Source: Promethearchaeum syntrophicum (GTDB taxonomy: Archaea > Asgardarchaeota > Lokiarchaeia > Sigyniarchaeales > Promethearchaeaceae). From it: a stretch of DNA of 32,000 bases. The stretch is from positions 4,050,001 through 4,082,000 of the forward strand of contig NZ_CP042905.2 in the NCBI RefSeq assembly GCF_008000775.2. The letters are read 5' to 3'. The notes beneath the pieces were generated by a model. It was not told where the DNA came from, made no database searches, and was given only the letters and a program-made list of their open reading frames with translations. A program made the translations under genes and the position numbers. Shown one piece after another: positions 10,278 to 19,400 of the stretch. Position 1 is the first letter of the stretch, and each line of letters opens with the position of its first letter.

Positions 10278-11954
10278 TTGGAAGATAAGCAGCCCAAAGT
10301 CAATTCTGAGGAAGTTATAAGAGCAGTCTCTCGTGAATTAATTGAATTTCTTCTACGACATCCAGATACTAAAAAAATTAAACTAACTGCTATTAAGTGT
10401 AAAATTGGTAAAAAACATGGTTTTATTAATGTAATTAAAGACTCAGTTGTAAGATCCTATGCAACTCCTGAAGAACAAGAAAAACTAGAATTAATTCTCC
10501 GTCGTCGCTTAACCCGTACACTTTCAGGGGTTACAATTGTTGCAGTGATGACGGCACCAGCTCCGGCTGGTTCGAAAAGCTGTCCTGGTAACTGTCTGTT
10601 TTGCCCAGGGGAATCTTCACAACCAGACGTAAAAGTTGCCCAATCCTATACTGGAAGGGAACCTGCCGCAATGCGCTCGGCGATGTATCATTATGATCCA
10701 TACGAACAAACTCTCCATCGACTTGAAGATTTAGCTGCCATCGGGCATCATCCGGATAAAATCGAGCTCATCATCATGGGAGGGACGTTCCTCTATTTTC
10801 CGCGCACCTATCAAGAAGATTTTGTCAAGGGGTGCTACGATGCTATTATTAATTTTCGAGAACCGAATTACAATGATGGAAAACGCACCACCAGTTTACA
10901 AGTGGCGATCGAAAAATTAGAGACCGCGAAAACGCGGCTCATTGGACTGACTTTTGAAACCCGACCCGATTATTGCTTTGAAGAGCATGTGGATCGGATG
11001 CTAGAATTAGGTGCTACACGGGTTGAAATCGGCATTCAAAGCACCCGTGAAGATTTATTGTCATTTTCCAGACGAAACCATACGGTGGCAGATAACAAAC
11101 GGGCGATTCAAGTGGCCAAAGATGCTGGTTTGAAAGTAAACGCCCATATAATGCCGAATCTTCCCCTGTCCTCACCAGAAACCGATATCGAAGTATTCCG
11201 AGAACTCTTTCGAGATCCGGAGTTTCGACCCGATATGATGAAACTGTACCCTTGTTTAGTCGTAAAAGGCACCGATCTCTATAATATGTATCTCTCGGGG
11301 GAGTACGAGCCTTATTCCCAAGAAAAGGTCATTCAAGTCTTGATGCAAATCAAAACCGAATTACCGCCCTATGTTCGGATTCAACGCATTCAACGCGATA
11401 TTCCAGTTGATTTGATTAAAGCGGGGGTAAAAAATTCCAATTTACGTCAAATTATTCAAACCCGCCTACTCGCGGAAGGAAAGCATTGTAACTGTATACG
11501 GTGTCGAGAAGAAGGTTTTTATGCCCAAAAACGATCCCAAACACGGGAACATGTGGATCTTTCAGGCGTTAAATTTGAGGATTTCACATATGCAGCCTCA
11601 GGAGGAGAAGAACATTTTCTGTCGTTCGAAGATCACGATAGACGTATGTTAATCGGGTACCTTAGATTGCGGTTTCTATCACCGAAGGCTCACCGTCCCG
11701 AGGTTTGTGATCAGCGTGTAGCAATTGTCAGAGAAATTCGGGTAGTGGGTGAAATTGTGGGACACGATTCAATCCCCCGTCAAGGTCAGATCCAACATCG
11801 TGGATATGGGAAAGAGCTCATGCAGAACGCTGAAGAAATTGCACGACAACATGGATGTACCAAACTTCTGGTCATTGCTGGAATCGGTGCCCGACCTTAT
11901 TTTTATAACCTCGGTTATTCTTTTGATGGAGTTTATGTAGCAAAAAAGATTTAA
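10278..11954 (+). CDS. elp3: Elp3-type radical SAM/GNAT tRNA uridine(34) modification enzyme
   Basis: Has 'RTLSGVTIVAVMT', the cysteine cluster 'CPGNCLFCPG', radical-SAM core motifs and a C-terminal GNAT 'QHRGYGKELMQNAEEIA'. The TTG start is the only in-frame start before the conserved N-terminus. Confidence 0.9.
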   Translation: MEDKQPKVNSEEVIRAVSRELIEFLLRHPDTKKIKLTAIKCKIGKKHGFINVIKDSVVRSYATPEEQEKLELILRRRLTRTLSGVTIVAVMTAPAPAGSKSCPGNCLFCPGESSQPDVKVAQSYTGREPAAMRSAMYHYDPYEQTLHRLEDLAAIGHHPDKIELIIMGGTFLYFPRTYQEDFVKGCYDAIINFREPNYNDGKRTTSLQVAIEKLETAKTRLIGLTFETRPDYCFEEHVDRMLELGATRVEIGIQSTREDLLSFSRRNHTVADNKRAIQVAKDAGLKVNAHIMPNLPLSSPETDIEVFRELFRDPEFRPDMMKLYPCLVVKGTDLYNMYLSGEYEPYSQEKVIQVLMQIKTELPPYVRIQRIQRDIPVDLIKAGVKNSNLRQIIQTRLLAEGKHCNCIRCREEGFYAQKRSQTREHVDLSGVKFEDFTYAASGGEEHFLSFEDHDRRMLIGYLRLRFLSPKAHRPEVCDQRVAIVREIRVVGEIVGHDSIPRQGQIQHRGYGKELMQNAEEIARQHGCTKLLVIAGIGARPYFYNLGYSFDGVYVAKKI

Positions 11955-12064
11955 TATCTTCGCATTTTCAGTTTATTTTTAAGAATTCTCAAACTTTGTG
12001 GATAGGCAATTTGCCAAATAAAATAAGAATGAATTCAAAAAAGCTAAAAAAATCTGATGTGGTA

Positions 12065-12883
12065 TTACTGAAATTCCGGAGGTAATTGCACGGTGATGAA
12101 TTGGCTATTCACGGGGTTTCGTAGTAAATTGTTAATTAAGTCATAGTGAAGTTTGTATGGTCCGATCATATACACCAACTGGTGATTATCAGCAATCATT
12201 TCTTGCATGTCGGGTAAAATGCGAAATCCAGTAAATACGTCGTTTTCATTATTTACGGGACCTCCTGTGAACTCTATCGGATGTTTTAGTTGTCCTCCTA
12301 CCTTTGAATTGCCAATTGCTACTATATCCATCTTTGATCTGAAACTATCAAGACTTCCTTTGTGAGTGAAGAAGTGACTATTTACATTCTTGTGCTCCTT
12401 TAGCCATGGAGTGATTTTATCATCAGAGGTTGTTTGGTAATCAATAATCTTCTCAATTTCTATCCATCCCACAATGTAAACTCGCTGGGTCCCTTCAATA
12501 AAATCACCGTTCTCCCACTTCTGCATCCTAGCAAAAATTACTAATAAATCACCTGATTCAAGCTGAGATAACATCTTGGGAACGTTATTTTGATGATTTT
12601 GGCTTGAATTATTGTCACCGTATGTTTTATGGACAAAATCTGGATCAAAATGGGCTAATGAATGGTTCTCCAGCCACCTTCTTCTGGGGATATACTCAGA
12701 CAGAAACTTTCCTGTGGTGCCGAATATTTGGTCAAATCGTGGCCCGATTTCTCTATCTTCTGGAATGGGGATAAGTTCATACCCTTTTATTTTGCCGTCT
12801 TCATTCTCAAACGCGGGATTGTAAAACCCATTTTCCCCTCTGTCTGCAAAGACACAGATTCCATATGCTTTCATTTTTTTCAT
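12065..12883 (-). CDS. hypothetical protein, function unknown
   Basis: 272-aa ORF with its own upstream AT-rich TATA-like stretch near 12924-12932. The N-terminus 'YGICVFADRGENGFYNPAFENEDGKIKGYELIPIPE...HFDPDF...TYGD...GDLLVIFA' faintly recalls small nucleotide-modification-associated (Nmad-like) proteins. That resemblance is an unverified memory. Confidence 0.55.
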   Translation of the reverse strand: MKKMKAYGICVFADRGENGFYNPAFENEDGKIKGYELIPIPEDREIGPRFDQIFGTTGKFLSEYIPRRRWLENHSLAHFDPDFVHKTYGDNNSSQNHQNNVPKMLSQLESGDLLVIFARMQKWENGDFIEGTQRVYIVGWIEIEKIIDYQTTSDDKITPWLKEHKNVNSHFFTHKGSLDSFRSKMDIVAIGNSKVGGQLKHPIEFTGGPVNNENDVFTGFRILPDMQEMIADNHQLVYMIGPYKLHYDLINNLLRNPVNSQFITVQLPPEFQ

Positions 12884-13080
12884 CTTTTTTCCTTTTCTAC
12901 TGGTAACAAATTATCCTTTTTGCTTTTAAATTGATGGTTTCGTTTTTACCCCCAAAAATAATTTCACACTTTTCACAACCACTTAATAGATAAAAGGAAC
13001 ATTTAAAGCGACATATTAAATTAAAACACGCATTCATGAAAAATAAAAGATTAACAAACTAATTGCTATTTGAAAAGATA

Positions 13081-13250
13081 TTGCCTGGCTCACAACCAAG
13101 CCAGACATGTGGAAAATAGAGAGTTGTTGAAAAAAGTTTGGTAGTTCCTACATCTTTGATTCGTGGTTGTGAAATGTGGGGATGCTACGATGCGATAGAC
13201 AATTTTTTCTTGATCAAATCTGATCATCCATACGTCTACGATGGATAATT
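13081..13250. ncRNA. candidate structured non-coding RNA or regulatory element downstream of the giant RuvC gene (strand undetermined)
   Basis: Noticeably more G+C than the flanking intergenic DNA. Hairpins: ctggct(13085-13090)/agccag(13099-13104), and atccat(13226-13231)/atggat(13241-13246) with an inner cg/cg pair. Repeated 9-mer TCACAACCA at 12973-12981 and 13090-13098, with its reverse complement at 13164-13172. ATGTGG occurs twice (13107, 13174) and CTACGATG twice (13185, 13236). There is no transcript evidence. Confidence 0.25.
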
Positions 13251-13405
13251 ATATTAAGAAATTAATGATATATAAATATTTCGTTAATCTATTAGCGGGA
13301 ATAAGAAAATGAGAAAAAATACGCATTATAACCTGAATATCGCTGATTTTACAATAAAAAAACATTGGAAAAGATTTTCGAATGGAAAGAACGTTGGATT
13401 TTTGA

Positions 13406-16400
13406 TTAGATGTTAGAGTAAATTTCGGTAAATCGTTTTAGATCTTTATCATCAGAGGTTGGACTTAGCAATCCTTGAAGCTTTTTGATAATTTTTTTGA
13501 AAGATTTGATTTGTTTTGATTCTTCACAATAATCATTGCGCTTCTTTAGAGTGTTGATTAATAATGTGAATTCTGAGTTTGATAAATTTTTGAACGAAAA
13601 GTAAATATTTTCATTTTCTTTTGAATATGTATGTTCACTGTTAACATCCTCCACGTAAATATTTTTTATTTTGTGAGATAGAACATTCGATAATTGTGTG
13701 ATGAGCGTGTTAAACTGATTTTTTATCTTCTCTTGAGATTTTATTGGAAATCTTGTTTCACGAGCAATCCATAAATTGATTATTTTTGCATAATATATGA
13801 TGGGATCATAATTATGGATGTTTGCGGAAGCGTTGATGTCCCTATTGGCGTAAGTTTTATAATCTGAGCAGTGAAAAACAATACCTGATTGGGAGAAAAT
13901 AAAGACAAGAATTGTTTTTTTATCTGTTTTTTTATTTGTTTTTAGAAGGAAATTTTCTGTATTGATTTTGTTTAAAATTCTTTTGTAATCCCAGATCTGA
14001 AGATCGGCTTTTTTGTATTTGGGGCCCGTTATTTTGACTTTATTTATTTCAGTCGGTTTTTCGGGAGCATGTAAAATTTTATTGTTTTTTCTAATATATT
14101 TGAGTTTATTGGCATTATCTTTGGACAAAACCTCACTTGGAATTGTTATTAGATATCCCTTTAATCCTTCTTTTCCACAAACAGAACATAATTTACTTGT
14201 ATAGGCGGGAGGAACTGTTTTGAGTAAAAATCCGGATAAATTGCTTTTTTCTTCAAGATAATCTTTAAAATTTCCTCGAAGCCAACGAGCGGCGGCCTCT
14301 GAAAATTTACTTCCTTTTTTTGCTTGAAATCCCCTTAAATCTTCGATATAAATCACAGTATCGTCGTTTAAATGTTTTTTAAGATTATGTGGGGAATTAG
14401 AACTGGATTTTTTTGATTTAACATAGTCTGCAATAACCTCTATACTTTGACGAATTGACGTATCCGCTATGTTTTGCTCTTTAGTATTGATTTTCTGTTT
14501 ATAATTTAGGTAGTTTATTCTGAAATAAGAGGGTTTTTTTTTGATGTAGGTGAGGTCCAATTTTTTCTGGAATTGGCTTGCAGACGAAGATAATTTTTTG
14601 GTTTTTTTTATCATTTTATCTATTGATTTATTGATTTCATCAAATGAATCAATGCTTGTGTTTTTGGTATCTCCTTCTAGGGCATCGTAATTTAGAAATT
14701 CTCTTAGCCCTAAATCTATTCCGAGTTTGTTTTTAACATCTAAACCATCTTTAGACATATAAGATGTGGGCTGAATAAAAGGAACAGCACAACCTACCGA
14801 CAAAATGATTTTACCATTGGGTTTAATTGAAACAATGACTGATTTTAGTGGTGAAGAAAGTAGCTGCTTGTAAGGAGTCGGTGTTTTTCTGTATAATAAA
14901 GAAATGAAGGCAGAAATAATTCTTTTGAGATTTTCGGTACGGGGATCTCTACCAAGGTGGAATTTTTTATTTGATTTTAAAGACGCGGTTACCCAATTAT
15001 AAAATATTATCAAAGTATCAATTATAATTATAAATTCGGCAGAAGTTGTGATGATATTAAGGTTTTTAAACTTTTCAATAGTTTTAGATACACTTTTCAT
15101 TTTTTCTAATTCATCTTTCTTCGAATTAAGTGTTAACGTTTGTATTGATGTTAAAGTTTTCTTTCTTTCTAATTTTTTTATCTGGGTATTTATTTTTGTG
15201 ATTTCAGGTTGTAAAAAAACATCGAAAAATTTTGCGTAATTGTAGTAGAGGGATCGAATAGTCTGAAAATCAACAGAACCGAATTCTTTATTTTTCAATT
15301 TTTTTAATTCATTTTTCTTCGATTTCAACATTTCCTGCATTTGCTGAACCCAGATTTTTATTTCCTCTCTTCTTTCTATTTCTTCAATTTCATCATCAAA
15401 TGTAGCAATTTCGTATTCCATTTCTTCAATTTCGCCCTCTAGTTCTTCAATTTCATTTTCATACGCTTCAATTTTACCTTCTAAATCCTTAATTTCGGGA
15501 GTGAATTTAAGGATGCGGTCCTTCATTTCTTTAAAAATCATGTCTGTATTTTCATATGCTGAGAAAAATTGTTTGAATTTTAACCAAATATAGTTTAATG
15601 GAGGTCCTGTAGAATTATTATCATCAAAGTAGGCTATTGTGAAATTTTTCCCTTTTTTTGAATCATCACATATCTTTGAAGTCCAAAAATTTTGATTTTT
15701 TTCATCTGGAGGATGTGTATTAAGAAGAGAATCGGTTAAATCTTTAAATTCTTGAAAAATCCTCCAATTTTTTGAACTGGAAGCGTTTTGGCTATTTTTG
15801 AATTGGTTTTCGGTTTTAAGACCGAATTTAGATGTTAGTAAATAATAATTATATATTTCGGTATTAGGAACTTTTACAGGGATAAATATCAGAAGATAAA
15901 TTTGGCGAAGAATATCGGTTTCTTCTTGTCTATTATAATGACCAACCATATAATAATGGTAACTCTTTGATTTTCCTACTCTGCTACTTGAAAGCAAAGA
16001 TTGGAGAGAGTATGATTCATATTTTTTCAATTCATCTAATTTTTCTAAAGTAATTTTTTTGGTAAAAATTTCGAAATTGGTCTTCCTAAAATTTGGTCTT
16101 TTCAATAAATGATTAAGTAAAAAATGATTTTCAATAGCCTCTTTTTTAGTAATATCCAGTTTCTTACTAATCTCATCATAATTATCCATGGTTTCTTCTG
16201 AAATATCGAAAGGGTTCTTAATGTCAAGGTGTTCGGTTTCTTTATCGATTTCAAAAAAATTATCGAAAATTAAAACTTCTTTTGGAAATTCGGAAAATAA
16301 TTTTTTTTCTTCATATAAACTCTGCTTGATTTTGTTAATGTCTTTAAGCGATGAAATGGAATAATCACGAGATTTTAAAAATTTCTTTGTGAGAAGAAAA

Positions 16401-19400
16401 GTTCGATTGTCTTTTTCCCAATTATCTTTAATCATTCCGGGAGTAAATTCGATTCCTTTAAGCCAATTAACGAGTTCCTTAGAGTTTTTTATATGATCAG
16501 ATGATATGTATTTTTTTTTTGAATCGAGTTTGATTACGTGATGACATAAATAATTCAATTGTCTATGATCATGCCAAACTTTTTTCCAATCAAAAACAAT
16601 ATCGCCATCCTTATCCTTGAAAACAATTTCTTTATATTCTTTCATGCATTCGGTCCAAGAATTTAGGTTTGTATTTTCCAGACCGATATGTTTTAACTTA
16701 AAATTTTGCTTCCATTTGTATATTTTATCAGTGTTGATAATAGGGTAATTGTTTTTTTTTATGGTTCTATATATTATTTTTGATATATCACGTTCCGATC
16801 GGATTATTTTTGAAAAAACACGATGGAAAGAATCGTCATCGTTTTCAATTTTAATTGGATTCAAATATAGATATTCATTATTATCGAAGTCCATGAAATT
16901 CTCAATGATTTTTAGAATTTTAGTTAAATCTTCATTGATTCCAAAATCCGAAACTATTTCTTTTGTAATCTCTTTGTATTCGATCTTGATTTTGGCGGCA
17001 ATGTCCTCAAAATCTTTAACCCATGGTTGGCGGCGTTTTACCCTATTGGTTTCTTGTATTATTGATTTTAGCGATTTTACAATTCCTGAACTTTTTAATT
17101 GGGGGTTGTTTAGTAGGAGACTTATGATAATTTTCAGGTTTTTTATTTGTTCATTGAACCACAATTCCCGAGATTCCATAATATTATTTAATGTGGAAAA
17201 CAAAGGGTTAGTTCGTTCAAATTCAGGAATTTCATCCTTATTTATAAGTAATTCTAAAAAATCCTCATTCTGAAGCGAATCTGAATTTTTAAAGAATTTC
17301 CAATGTTCTTTTGAATCATTTTGAAGGTTAATCAGTTCTTTTTTTGATTTGTTCAATTCGCTTTTAATTACAAGACATTTCTCACAAGATACCGCATAAT
17401 TATCTACCAGTTCTTCCACACATTTTAAGAGTGTAAGCCCTTGAGAAAAATGGATGTATTGAATAGGTGATTTTTGTTTTGTGAGAAAGGATTCTGATAT
17501 AATGTCAACGCTTAAAGCAATGATCTGTAAAATTTGTTTTTTATGCTTCTTCTCATACACAATGTTATTCAAATTACCATAATTGGTATTATTCAGTTCA
17601 TAGTATTGATTTTTTAAAGAATTGATTAATTCATTAAAGAAATTGTCTGTTGTGGGTAGTATCTTTGAAAGTTTAGAAGGAAAATTTGTTAAGTTTATTG
17701 ATTTTTCTTCTATGTTTTTTCCTTTTTTCAAGATAATCTTATTTTTTCCCTTCTTTGGAACTATTAAATCAACATAATTATAATCATTACATGAATATAT
17801 TTGAGGAGAATTTTTACCGAATTTGAAAAGATCTTCTTCATCTTCTGTATAAAAATCACCAGTTTCTGAAAAGAAAGCGTATTTGAGCCCGTAATTTGTA
17901 AATTTATTAAAAAGATTATTAAAATTATTGCTGATGGTAATTTTTTTTTTAATGTCTAAATTTTCCAGCTCTTCTTCTGATTTTTCATCTGGAATTAAAG
18001 ACGAAAAAATGGAAAAATCACTTGTGGTTTCGATCATTTCGAGATATTTCCTATAGAAATTATTAAGATCTTCGTGGAATTCTTTGAAAAGAGGATTAAG
18101 TTTTTTTGTTTTTGGATCAATGATATGAAACGCAATTTCTGAGCGGTTTTTTTTAATAATTTCTCGATTAAGAGATTTAAAAACGTTTTTATTAAACCTA
18201 ACTAAAGGATTGAATTTGGTTTCACTATTTTGAATAAATGTAAGAGGTGATGGGGTTTTAATCAACCCTAATGCATGAGAAAAAGGTTTTGATCCAAATG
18301 TTTTTTCTGTGGTTCTATTTAAATTTTGAAAAATTGCATTCTTTACTTCTTCATTTTTTTTGAAATGTTTTTCATAAATTTTTTTTCGGTTTTTTTTGAT
18401 TTTGTAAAGAGATTTTTCGTGTTTTGATAGGTATATATCAAGAATATCAGAAAAATCCTCGGGGCTTGGAAATACTAGAGTGGAATTTATTTTGGAATTA
18501 ACTTTATTGAAAAATTGAACATAATCAATTTTCCAGCTCTCGAAAGTCTGTAAAAATGTTATGGATTCGTCATCAGGTAATAATTTTTCTAATTTTCTTA
18601 ATTCTTTTTCTAATTCCTTTTCTTTTTCTTCTAGTTTTTTTTTTTTCTCTTCATCAGAACCATCTAAATTCTTTTTAAATCTTTTTAATTTCGATTCGGA
18701 TTCCTTATTTAGAAGTTCTCCAAATTTCTTTTTTAAATTAGATAAAATTTTTGATAGATCATCTGAAAATAAAGAAAGATCTTCATCACAATAAAACCCT
18801 TGAACATTCTCCGAAAACCTAAATTGCTGAGATATGTGAGCAAAATTAAAAATATTGTTATAAATATCAAAGTATGATGGATTTAATTTCAGTTTAGATC
18901 GTTTGGACACATAACTAAGCAAATTTCTGTAAATTTCGTTTCGTTTGAAAATTTTGTTTTTAGAAGTCTGAAGAGATTTTAGATGATTGTTAATGTCTTT
19001 CTCGTCAAAATTAAAGGGAATTTTTTTTAAATCAATGTTTTTACTATGAATTTTATCGTGAATCGATTTAATTGTTTCTGTATCTTTGGGATTTTTCGTC
19101 TTGAAAATATTTCCTGCACTCATAGTAAGGGTTCTAAAAATATTTCCAATCTGATAACGGTGTTTTCTTATTGAAAGATTAATTACTTTGGGATCGGGAT
19201 CTTGAATAAAAACATAAAAATCGCTATTTGGACGCATGCAGTGAGCCAATTCTCTCATATCCATGCCAGGATCTATATCATCCATGCTGAGTTCAGGATA
19301 AAGTACCTCATTATTATATGGATCGTCAGGATCTGTATGAGGACCTTTTGGGATAAGTATGTTTTGAAGGATATACAATGGAGAATCGGGGCTAAGAACA

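Noticed and set aside
5216-11940. Short ORFs nested in housekeeping genes (5216-5461, 7075-7269, 8959-9141, 9428-9712, 9787-9984, 11749-11940)
   Set aside because: Each lies fully within a longer ORF with a confident family assignment, on the opposite strand or in another frame. None has a recognisable motif.
12612-12934. Plus-strand ORFs 12612-12824 and 12662-12934
   Set aside because: They are antisense to the better-supported 272-aa minus-strand ORF and have no start context or motifs.
11955-13405. tRNA gene, integrase or att-like site marking the island's left boundary
   Set aside because: I could not fold any stretch into a cloverleaf by eye, and no integrase or transposase ORF is present. 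The palindrome ggcaatttgcc (about 12005-12015) lies between convergent genes and is too short to interpret. A tRNAscan or Infernal run would be needed to be sure.
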